A DNA stretch of 64,000 nucleotides from the human T2T-CHM13v2.0 reference genome, Homo sapiens, in NCBI RefSeq assembly GCF_009914755.1, contig NC_060925.1. The stretch is one strand, 5' to 3'. Every line of letters starts with the position of its first letter. The first letter of the stretch is position 1. A model generated the notes under the pieces. It was not told where the DNA came from. It did not search any database and saw nothing but the letters and a program-made list of their open reading frames with translations. This document shows positions 45,895-64,000 of this stretch, in pieces. Made by a program: the position numbers and the translations under genes.

Positions 45895-46772
45895 TAGTAA
45901 GGGGGAGAAAGTATTATTTTTTCCTCACCCATTGCAAGGTTCATGGCTGAGACCCTTATAACAAAAAGATTAACAAGAGAAAAGCATAACAAATTTGTTT
46001 ATCCAAAATTTTATACAACACAGGAGCCTTCAGAAAGAAAGACCCAAAGACCCAGGGAAAACTGTGTTTTTATGGACAGTCCTGCAGAAGTATGACTGGA
46101 GGACAAAAGGGTATGATCTAGTGGTATGAAATTGGGGGAAACTCAGGAAAGCCTATTTGTTGTGATTCTTTTTTTTTTTTTTTGGAGACGGAGTCTCACT
46201 CTGTCGCCCAGGTTGGAGTGCAGTGACACAATCTCGGCTTAGTGCAAGCTCCGCCTCCCAGATTCAAGCGATTCTCCTGCCTCAGCCTCCCGAGTAGCTG
46301 GGATTACAGGCATGTGCCACCACATCCAGCTAATTTTGGATTTTTAGTAGAGACAGGGTTTCACCATGTTGGCCAGGCTGGTCTCAAACTCCTCCTCAGG
46401 TGATCCACCCGCCTTGGCCTCCCAAAGTGCTGGGGTATCAGGCGTGAGCCACCGCACTCAGCCTTGTTGCGATTCTTGTGCATCTCTGTATGCTATTCCC
46501 TTCCTCTGAGTATAGGGCAGGACACCTGTCACATACACATCTGCAGGGGAGAAGGGAGGGAGGTCAGAGAGTGACCTTCTTAGGTTTTGTGGCCTGCTTC
46601 TGGGAAGTGGGGGCAGGGGGCTTTCTAGTTTCTGTGGCCACTTCAGGAGAAGGGGGTAAGAGAAGGTCAGAACACATAATCCTGCTTCTGTGGTTTTCTC
46701 AGTTTCCTTCAGTGTAAAATACTCAGTCTGCTAAGGTGCTACATTTTAGGGTATTGTGTTCTGAATCCTGAC
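45895..46772 (-). mobile_element. Second MER34/MER39-group solo LTR with an inserted Alu (46168-46463), apparently inside a MER5 fossil
   Basis: Reverse strand TGTCAGGATTCAGAACACAATACCCTAAAATG; similar to the 43783-44617 element; Alu TSD ttgttg(t/c)gattctt. Confidence 0.65.
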
Positions 46773-47358
46773 AATAACAATAAATCTAAGCCTGACAAAT
46801 AATCTAAGGAGATAGGCCTGGGAACCATTGTTTCATCTCTGAAGGGATCTTATTACCTAAAATGTCTACCAGTTGAAGAGATGGCTGTGGTGTGATGAAC
46901 AGGTCACAGCACTTGGATTCAGCAGAACTGACCCTGACATTGGCCAGGTCACCTCAGTTCTCTGAGTATCAGTCAGTTCATCTGCAAATGGAGGCATTTA
47001 CGAAGGTGTGGGGAAGAATCGATGACACAGTGAACTGTGAAATGTTTCTTTCATATAAGGAGGTATTGTGACCATGTGAGGATTCTGACGATAGCTTCTT
47101 AAAACTGAGGGAGAAATTCAAAGTCATTTTATCTTTCCTTTAAAATGATATTGGAGAATTTTATACATGATTTGTTAGAGAAAAAAAATTGAACTATATG
47201 CTAGAAGACTTTTTAACACTTTTCATATTTAGTTGCCAAAAGCTAGTACTGACATAATTTATGTGTGTGTGGTGTGTATTTTTGTGTGGCAACAAAGGAT
47301 GGGTTCTTTGTTTTTTCTGTTTCTTAATTTTAAGGGAGAACTTCATTGGCTTCAAGTA

Positions 47359-47438
47359 TTAGGTTGGTGCAAAAGTCATTATGGTTTTTTTCATTACTTT
47401 TACTGGCAAAAATCACAATTACTTTTGTACCAACCTAA
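47359..47438. mobile_element. MADE1 (Hsmar1-derived mariner MITE), 80 bp
   Basis: TTAGGTTGGTGCAAAAG...CTTTTGTACCAACCTAA inverted ends; TA duplication at 47357-47358 and 47439-47440. Confidence 0.93.
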
Positions 47439-48310
47439 TAAAAGAATACTCTTTACCTCTTTAGTCTATAGTTTCTACCCATAAATTAGCTTCATAACCT
47501 TATATGAGATTTTCATTCTGTGGTCTTATTTCTTTATCAAATGGAGTCTGAAAGTAAGGAGGGGTGACTGTAAGAGAAGGTCCATGATTTCTTAGTTCCT
47601 TTTGCCTGAATTAAAAGTCTCTGATTTCATGATATGGTGAAAACATAGCAATTAATGTATCTGAAGGGCTGGACCTGTCATCTTTTAAACTCCATCTAAC
47701 TATGAGTCTAAATAAAAGTCATAGGATAACCCAAATTCTGAGGCCTGAAAATGTTAATAAAAATTCAATGGAAGTATATGTGTTACAGAGTATTTGGCAC
47801 TTTTATTCTCTTATTATTATGCTTTCTGTTTTATGAGGCACTGAAAAAAATGATTACCTATAAATCTTTTTGCTTATCAAGTTTCTTCAGCTTGATAAAG
47901 TGGGTTTTAAAAGATAATGTGCACGTAGTAATTTGTTTTTCTAGTACTACTAATGGATTTTAATTTTGAATACAGCTCTAAAGAGGAAACTTTTACTTCT
48001 TTTAACTGAAGGGATAATTATCTTTGAGAAAAAAATTGTATCTGTCTAAAGCTTTTAGATTTCCAATCACTTTTATGTAGCATTGTTTGGAGCAATGTCA
48101 GAACAGTGTGTCCTAGCAATTGAAGAGGATCTTCAAAATCACTCATTTCTGTTTTCAGTAGTTTTAGATGGACTATCTAATATATGCCAGACACTGTTGT
48201 GGGTACAGAAGACTGCAGAGAGTTGGGTGGACAAGGAGCTCATGGAGTTTATATTCTAGGGGAGGGAAGTCGAAGGAAATAAGGAATCTAAAAAGATACT
48301 TTTCAGCTAG

Positions 48311-50006
<1,696 letters not shown>

Positions 50007-50704
50007 TCACATTGTACAACCATCCATCTCCAGAACTTTTTTATTTTCTCAAACAGAAACTACAGAAAGGGTTTTGATTCTACACTTGACTAGCACACAA
50101 TTGTAAAGCTGTTTGAGTGGTCTCCATATCACAGGACAAACACTTGATCCAGTGGTGGCATTTCTCTGCACCTGCAGATGTTCCAGGGTCTTCTCCCTGC
50201 CTCAAAGAAGAGACTCAGGGGAGAACAATGTTAGTCCCTTCCTCTAATGGTTCCCGCCAGAGGACTGTGTGGCTTTTCTTCATGCCATCATGGGGAAAAC
50301 TTCTTTCTTCCTTAAGTCTCCATTTTTCTTAAAACAAACAAAAAGTTAAGTAGAAAAGAGCAGCTTGGTCACCAACTTAAGACTAACTTTAAAACTCGAC
50401 ATAACTATATCATGGAAACAAAAATCATGAGATTTTGTTTCCCCTAACATTATTTGGACTCCTATCTCCCAGGCATTTTTAGGCAACATCCACTTTTAAG
50501 GTAACAACCCCATTTTACATAAGAAATCTGGGTTCATAGAGGTTTAGTAATTGGTCCAAGGAATCAGAGATGTTAAGTGCCTCAGCTTGTGTTTGGACTT
50601 AATTGTGACCCTAACCCTTACCCTTCCTATTCTGCCACAAGAATGTGTGATGCTTCAGCCTCCCAAAGTGCTGGGATCACAGGCATGAAACACCGTGCCC
50701 AGCC

Positions 50705-51960
50705 TCATTTCAGTGTCTTTAATAGCTAGTAGTTCATTACAGTTTTACATTTATTCTTGCACTAAATATTGTGTTTTAATTTTTTTGAGAAATGTGTCTA
50801 CATCATATAGATTTTAAAATGTACCAACTTATAGTTTGTGTTGATGTACGGTCCATAATTTTATTTAAAAAACCTGTCTGCAGTTATTTTTCTCTTTTAG
50901 TTCTGTAATTTATTTTTATTTATTTACTTTTAGAGATGGGGGTCTTCCTCTGTAGCCCAGGCTAAAGTGCAGTAGTACAGTCATGGCTCATTGTAACCTT
51001 GAACTCCTGGACTTAATGATCCTCCCGCCTCAACCTCCAGAGCAGCCAAAATTATAGGCGCGTGCCGCTATGCTGGGCTAACTTTTTAAATTTTTTGTAC
51101 AAACGGGGTCTCGCTATGTTGCCCAGGCTTGTCTCAAACTCCTGGGCTCAAGCAGTCCTCCCAAAATGCTGGGATTATAAACATGAGCCACTGTATCCAG
51201 CTTTGTAATTTATTTTCATCACCTATTTTTTCTCGTTAAGTTTTTAAAGAGCCTATCTTATTAATGTTTTCTAAGAAGTAGGTTTTAATTTCACTGAACT
51301 TCAGAATGCATTTTTATTTTGTTTTGTTTGTTGGTGATAGTTCCATATTCATTCATTAGTAGATGCCCTTATCTTTGCTATTTTCTGTCTTCTTATTTCT
51401 TTGCATTTGCTATGTATTTTTCCAATTTCTTAGTTATAATACTTTTTTTTTAACTTTTCTTGTTCTCTGGTAAATTCTTCAAAATTATAAAATTGCCTTC
51501 TAAGTTCTTCTTTAGCTGTGTCTCTCAAGTTTGACATCTAGAATTATAATTTTTATTCAATTGTGAATACTGTGTTTCTTAATTTTCTGTTTAAGATCTT
51601 GGGTTTTTTGCTAATATTAATTTATTTCTAAACACCTGAGGTTTTTAAAGTTCTCTTTTTATTGTTAATTTATAATTTTTTTGTTTTATTGCACTATATT
51701 TCAAGAACACAGCCTGTGTAATATTGAGTCTTTGAGAGCTATTGAAGTTTCTTTTATGGCCCAATATGCAGTCTGTTTCTGTACTTGTTCTGTGTGTGAG
51801 TTGCAAAAAATGTGCATTTTGTGTCTGTCAGTTGTAGAGTTATCTTATATCTACTATTTTGAGTGTATTGTCTTGTTAAAGTTATCAACATCTTTTTTTT
51901 TAAAAAAAAGATGCCTTATTACTTTCTGAGAGAGGTGTGTTAAAATTGGTGTTTCATGTT
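50705..51960 (-). mobile_element. Degraded ancient L1M fragment with an Alu (50905-51202)
   Basis: T-rich degenerate L1 antisense sequence (ttttatggcccaatatg...gagagaggtgtgttaaaat). Confidence 0.5.
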
Positions 51961-52412
51961 GTTTTCTTAGCTGCGATATCATTTCTTAACCGTCTTACCC
52001 TATAAGTCCAATAAACAAAGCAGATGAGAGCATAAGTGCTCTGGTTGAATCCGGGAGAAAAGGTCTTAAATGGAGCCTCCTCTCAACCCCCCATCCCTGG
52101 GGGACTCTATGGCACCTCTGCAGAACCCCTAAAATGGAATATTATTGCTGTAAACAGCCTATCAATTAACCTTTCAGTCTTATTTCTGATCACCCACTCA
52201 CTAGTCCAAAGAATTTCCAGTTTGCAGCCAACAGCTACCCATGTTCTCCTCCCCATCCCAACTGCGTTTTCCTCTTGCCATTTCACCCACCAAGATTCTT
52301 CTTCACATAATCAAATTCCATACCTTACTCAAGACTCTGCTTAAATTTTGCTAATTCCAAAACATCTTTTCTAGCCATATCCATTCTTGGAATTCTAAAA
52401 GCAATTACTGGG

Positions 52413-52723
<311 letters not shown>

Positions 52724-54385
52724 TTATTGGTAGCACAATTAATTTAGTATTTATTCACTGATCTAATTAACTAATAAGTTAGTATTTATTCAGTGACCAG
52801 CAGTCGTAATGGTTGGGAATTTCAAAAATAATTGTAGTTGTTGAATATTTGTTGTGTTAACTTTATTTCTCCTGTTATGCTGTGTGAGCATCTTTACTGT
52901 AATGCATGTCTTACATGTCTCTATTCATTCAAGTACCCACACAGCATCTTGTTCTTGGTTGCCGACCAGCAAAAATGCCTTGTATTTATTCACTTCAATG
53001 TTAATATGACTTAACTCTTTTCCTATATAGTTAACAGTTTTGTGATCTTGCAAGTCCTTCATTTTACTGTATTTTGCTAAATGTGTTCATTATTATTAGT
53101 AACAAGCTTTGTTCAGTGAGTGTTCTTTAAGATTCTCTTCAAAATTCTTGTAAAGCCGATTTATTTTCATTCTAAAATAAGCCCCCCCTTGTGCTTTATT
53201 CTTTTATTATAAATTTATGCATAAAGTCATTTTTACAAGTTTAAATTTACCTACTCACTTATAAAGCAGTGTTTGTTAAGTCTGGTAAAGTGATAGAGTG
53301 GACTGGGCTGTCTTCTTCCCCACTCTACCTTAAGACAAATGATTTGACTTGAGCTTTTAATTTGCAAGGTTCCCTCCTAAGGACAGCAAATGTAATATAA
53401 GTGAAGCATTAGAATGAGCATTTAGGGTTCCAAGAGGGTCACAATCTACGAATTTGTTATTTAAAAGCTGATGAGATGATTGCTTCCAGCCATGGTAGTA
53501 GGCATGAAGCCTTTGAGTGTGGTGGCACACCTGGCCTGATCTTGTGTTCTGCGGGGCACAGCACATGCTTAAAGCAGTACCATCCTCACACTGATTTGTC
53601 AGTGTGGTTTTGCTGCACAGAACCAACACAAGTGAGACACAGCCAGCCATCTCCTAAAACAGGTCCTTTTGACCCTAACATAGAGGTAGCAAAGTGAGAC
53701 AGAAGATGGAATAAGAGAAGTATAGAACACCTATAAACTATGAGCCGCTAAGCCCTTCAACATGTATGTTGTTTAATTTTCTCAACATCCATGAAATGGA
53801 TAGTAACAATTTACAGATGAAAAAGTGGAACCTCATAGAGATAAACCAATGTATTCATTGTTAGATATTGAGTAAATGGTAGATTTGTGGAATGAATTCA
53901 AATATGAGAGCTAAACCAACACCCTTAATTCCCCTTGCTTTTGCTCCCATAACCCAGTGTTATTTGGTACCCTTTGTATTAATATATATTAATGTAATTA
54001 TTTAGAATTGTTGATTTTCTTTCCTACTGGACCGTAAGTCCTAAGAGTAGAAACCATGATTGTTTTGTTCAGTGTTAAATCTCTAAGACCAAATACTTTG
54101 CTTGCCTCAAATCTGGTGCTCAGCTAATGTTTTTGCTTCCCTTTTTAGTGCGGGTGGGTTGGGGCAGATAGGAAGGGGACCATGGTTTCTACCACTTTGT
54201 GTTGATTGACTTAGGTAAGAAAAGAGTCCACAGAAAGTCTAGGCCAGTGTGAACCTGAACAATCAGAAGGTCTTATGGGTGAGTTAAACTTCTTAGGAGG
54301 AAATAAAATAATTTTTAACTGTAACCTACATCTAAGGCCATGCATGACCTTAAGTACCTTCATTCTCAAAAATAAACTATTATAG

Positions 54386-54560
54386 AGCTTGGCACAGTGC
54401 CACATACTATAGTTCCAGCTACTTGGGAGGCTGAGGCAGGGGGATCACTTGAGCCCAGGAGTTGGAGGCTGTAGTGTGCTATAGTCACACCTGTGAATAG
54501 CCACTGCAGCACTCCAGTCTGCGCAATATAGCAAGACTCTGTCTCTTAAAAAACAAAAAA
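54386..54560 (+). mobile_element. Alu monomer (FAM/FRAM-like) about 100 nt upstream of the PATJ exon
   Basis: gtgaatagccactgca monomer signature. Confidence 0.82.
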
Positions 54561-54662
54561 GGTACCATAGTTGAGAAATCACAGTAAGGATGGGGAAATG
54601 CTGACATCTCAATAATACAGATCAAGCTACTCTATTTAATTTTAAAAAAATTCTTTTAATAG

Positions 54663-54859
54663 AAAAAATCAGACAAAGATATGCAGATCTGCCTGGAGAA
54701 CTGCACATTATTGAACTTGAAAAAGATAAGAATGGACTTGGACTCAGCCTTGCTGGTAATAAAGACCGATCACGCATGAGCATATTTGTGGTGGGAATTA
54801 ACCCGGAAGGACCTGCTGCCGCAGATGGACGAATGCGTATTGGAGATGAACTCTTAGAG
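54663..54859 (+). CDS. PATJ: Internal coding exon of PATJ/INADL encoding the N-terminal two-thirds of a PDZ domain (probably PDZ7)
   Basis: Acceptor ttcttttaatAG (AG 54661-54662) and donor GAG|gtgaga (GT 54860-54861). 2 nt + 65 codons: [65 protein letters not shown], with a GLGL carboxylate-binding loop and the [18 protein letters not shown] motif. Recognised as PATJ rather than the paralog MPDZ. Confidence 0.95.
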
Positions 54860-55677
54860 GTGAGAAGCATGTGTTTTTAACTTATCTTTTGGTGAAGTGG
54901 ATGGGTGCAGTGGATGTTGTATAGGAAAATGAGGTGAAAGGGAAGAATGATGTCAAATTATATTTCCTTCAACTACTTAAAATCATTTTTCAAAGCAAGA
55001 ACAGAAATCAAACTGTTGTTTGCAAATGTTATTTGCTGCTTAAGTAAAAACTAATCTCACAGAATATTTTAGAAGTTCTTCAGTAAAATATCATGGAAAC
55101 ATATTAAAACCTTTGTTTTTAATATCAATTTTTAAGTATTCAAAATTAATTTGTATATTAACCTAATTTTGATAGTATTTATCAAAATTCTCTTTGGGTT
55201 TTAAATTAGTCATACATGTAACTGTTGTGGTTCTTCAGTTTTTTGGGGGGAAGTGGGGAAGATGTTAGAGCCAACAAGAGCCTGTGAACTTCTCAAAAAT
55301 AATAGTTAATGTCTGTGAAGTTCAGGATATGGGTAAGGCTACATAGGTTCTTTCTTTAGGAATAGAATAGACAAAAGAGAAGCTAAGAAGATGACTGATC
55401 CTCTTTTAATTACTCCAGATAATTTCATTAATAATCTGAAAAGGTTATTCTTATTCTTCTACACTTAAATTTAAGGTATCTGTTCTGAGCTTATCTTAGT
55501 TTGATACTCATTTGCTTGTTCATTCACTCATTCTTTCAGCTAACACTTTTGAGTGTCTATTAGGACCAGAAACAGAAAAAGAGATGAATACATCCAGTTC
55601 CTTCATTAGTATAGCTCACAGTCTAGAAGAAGAAAACAGACGTGAAAAGATATTTATACTACAAAATAAGAAATGCA

Positions 55678-55713
<36 letters not shown>
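55678..55713 (+). repeat. (ATG)12 microsatellite
   Basis: Direct count. Confidence 0.95.
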
Positions 55714-55714
<1 letters not shown>

Positions 55715-56612
55715 CAATAACAGCTAAAATATACCTGGTACCAAACACAACAACCTCTTTTACTGGTGAGATCACAAAGTAAATGATGGTGTTAGGATTC
55801 AATGGCAGGCAGTTTGACTTGTAGCTCTTTGTAAACCATTGTGCTTTAAAGCCTATTTGTTAAAATGTTCCAACTTTAGGACATTTAGGGGAGCTAAATC
55901 ATGGAGACACTGAGTGTTAGACTGCTTACTTGAAATGAAGGCTTACTGATTTTGCATTTTACGATTTCCTCCTCAGACTCTGACTCAGAATAGAATTTAC
56001 AGTCATCCATAATTTTACTTGCCTAATAATAACTACTGCCACAGCTGGCCAGGTGCAACAGGAAGACCATCGCCATCAACTCTTTCTTCCAAACCTTGGT
56101 TGCTTCTCCCCACTTAAAACCTGTTTCTGCAAAGAAGTCACTTCCAGGATTACTTTTCTTTTCTTGTTCTTTTATAATATAGCACCACGAATGGGACCCA
56201 CATTGGGTCGTAACACTGACTAGCATAATCATTACATAAATAAAGTCAAAGATGACCTTATGTAACCAATATTATTCATTGCCTCAGTTTGTTTCCTTTG
56301 GCTTATGTTTAGAGACTTCCTCAGAGATGAGACAAAAGTGATGCTGGTAGTAAAAATGATGAAAGTTAGAGCCAGTGTACTCAGTTATTGCTAGCACTGT
56401 GCATATGCATTGTACATATTTGTATTCGGTATTCTTAAAAATCCTTTATGGTAACAACTATTATTATCTCCATTTTATGGATTAGAAACTGGGTAAATAG
56501 TATACCTAATATTGCAGAACTAAGTGAATAAGTGTGGATAAGAACTCAGGCTTGCCAGACTCCAAGACCCGTGTTACAGCCACTAAAGTATACTATGTTC
56601 CCTGTGGGATTC

Positions 56613-61534
<4,922 letters not shown>

Positions 61535-62276
61535 CAGAGATAGGTTCTAAATAGCTAAAAGTGTAAAAATAAATTGATCAAGTGTTCGATTGTAGCTATG
61601 GTTTCACTAATACTAAATACTATTCACTAATACTAAAATATTACACTTTAGTATGTGATTTGCTATATGTCAATATTGTATCTCAAAGCTATTAAAAAAT
61701 GAGTGATTAAACCTGACACAAATACATATTGTAAGCAAGCCCTGAATATGACCTTCCCATATGCAGAGCCAAAGTCACCTCATTTTGTTACTCGTAAGAT
61801 GATCTGCAACCCGGTTCACAACTCTAAAAGTCACCAGAAGACTGTGGTGCTGGCTGAGTGGTCAGCCTCACACACTAAGTGCAGTCCTCTGGTCATTACA
61901 GCGTTGTAACCAATAGCTATCTGTGTCTTGCTAATCATGTTCCTTAAGTAATCAGTTGTGTTATACTCAGTTTCAGTTACAAAAGACTTGCTCATTAAAA
62001 GAAATTGAGAGTGTGGTTAGGGTGCTGAATAGGGAATTGAGCTAACATTGAGTACTTAATTATTTGCCTGGCAGTAGGCTGTGTTTTTAAGTTATTTGAG
62101 TTCTGGATTAATAATGATTCTAGAAGGTAATAAGTGAATTCATTACCGTTTTGTATTAATAGTTTTAGTAGATAAAGATTAATGCAATTTATCCAGTACT
62201 AGTTTAAAACACCCAAGATAGTTTCTCACAATACAATTCCATGCTATTCTTATCTTCTTAGTTTTTTATGTGTGCG

Positions 62277-63025
<749 letters not shown>

Positions 63026-63916
63026 TGTCTTCTAAAAATTTAACGCCACTTTGAATTAATTAAAAGCAGAATGTAGTTAGTGAAATTATGTTCATCACTT
63101 AAGAACCAAAGAAGAAGAAAATTTATTTTTTGAGCTTGTTCTTGCACTAGGAGAGCTTGTCTGAACTTCATAATTAAAGACCTTTACCCTTCAGTTCCTT
63201 CATAGAGTTCGAGTTTTATTTTCCAACTGCAGGAACTATTATGTAAAACCTAGTTCGTATCGGTTGGCCTCATTCTTTTTTGTTTCCTGCTGTGAAGTCT
63301 TTGAGCTCTATTTCTGCCATTTTTGTTTCTGACTATGGCTTGTTAGGGGAAGAGTTAAATTATTTAGTCATACTTCCTTATGCCACTGAAATATTGAGGC
63401 CAAAAATCCATATTCTTGTCTTGGAGGAAGGACAATCGTTTATTTTTTATTACTGCAGTCCTCATTATTGCTCACACAAAAGCTTTATGTGTGGTCTCTC
63501 CAGTGAGCCAAATTATCTTAAAATTATGGAAAGTGCCATGAAAATAGAAAGTAAAAATGATGATTGAAGAAGCAGATTACTGAAGAAATCTGTTAAAAAA
63601 AAAATAGCGACAGGAATGTATGCTGGGGAAGAAATTTATGGAAGGAGTAATTTTCAGCAGTGCCTCTCTCGACTCTTCTTTCTGCGATTTTCCCCCATGT
63701 CTTCCATAACCTATTGGGATTGTTCTCTGGGCCTCCATTTCCTCCTTTGTCCAGCGCTTTCCCAACTTCCTTCCTGTCCTATGGATATTGTAGTGACTGT
63801 AGTGAAATGCAGCCTGGAAAAATATGCTCTTAGAATTGAGAGAAGTTTTCTTATATTAGCCTTTTGTATTTTACTTTATTTGTATATTTTCTGCCCCATT
63901 AACAGTATATAAGAGA

Positions 63917-64000
63917 GGCACTTTGGGAGGCTGAGGTGGGCAGATCACCTGAGGTCAGGAGTTCAAGACCAGCCTGGCCAACATGGTGAAACCCCATCTC
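63917..64000 (+). mobile_element. Alu, cut by the window end
   Basis: gcactttgggaggctgaggtgggcagatcacc... Confidence 0.9.

Larger units (their letters stand above)
44887..47458 (+). repeat. Diverged direct duplication of a ~190 bp unique segment (44887-45078 and 47214-47458)
   Basis: Shared TAACACTTTT, GTTGCCAAAAGCTAGTACT, ATGGGTTCTTTG, TGTTTCTTAATTTTAAG.GAGAACTTCA.TGGCTTCAAGTA and AAAGAATACTCTTTAC. Confidence 0.9.

Noticed and set aside
54622-54870. 82-aa minus-strand [24 protein letters not shown]...
   Set aside because: Antisense shadow of the real + strand PATJ exon.
55512-55727. ORF with a poly-Asp tail
   Set aside because: Produced by the (ATG)12 microsatellite within old repeat-like sequence.
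61603-61637. Direct repeat TTCACTAATACTAAA x2 (CRISPR-like or other array)
   Set aside because: Two copies only; a simple slippage duplication in eukaryotic DNA. No CRISPR, tRNA or rRNA genes were seen in the window.

Overview
Primate (most likely human) genomic DNA, AT-rich and about half transposon-derived, lying inside one very long intron of PATJ (INADL), which is transcribed on the + strand. One clear coding exon is present (54663-54859, 197 nt, phase 1 in and phase 0 out). It encodes the start of a PDZ domain ([65 protein letters not shown]; PDZ7 by my recollection of PATJ). The ORF track misses it and reports only an antisense shadow. The main hidden structure is an internal promoter and first exon at about 16.7-16.9 kb: TATA box, (GA)15, a uORF, a strong Kozak ATG, MVQGGFP and a CAG|GTAAGA donor. 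It splices in frame to the PDZ exon to give MVQGGFPEKIRQRY..., matching the short CIPP-type PATJ isoform as I recall it. Two further phase-1 ATG-to-donor units (20640-20745 and 37892-37934) could supply other N-termini; these are speculative. The rest comprises a full-length but dead sense-oriented L1PA5-like element with TSDs, about 50 Alus, several solo LTRs (MER41, MER34-like x2, MER21, MLT1), DNA transposon fossils and some informative local rearrangements. Repeat family names come from recognition, not a database search. Boundaries without TSDs are approximate.
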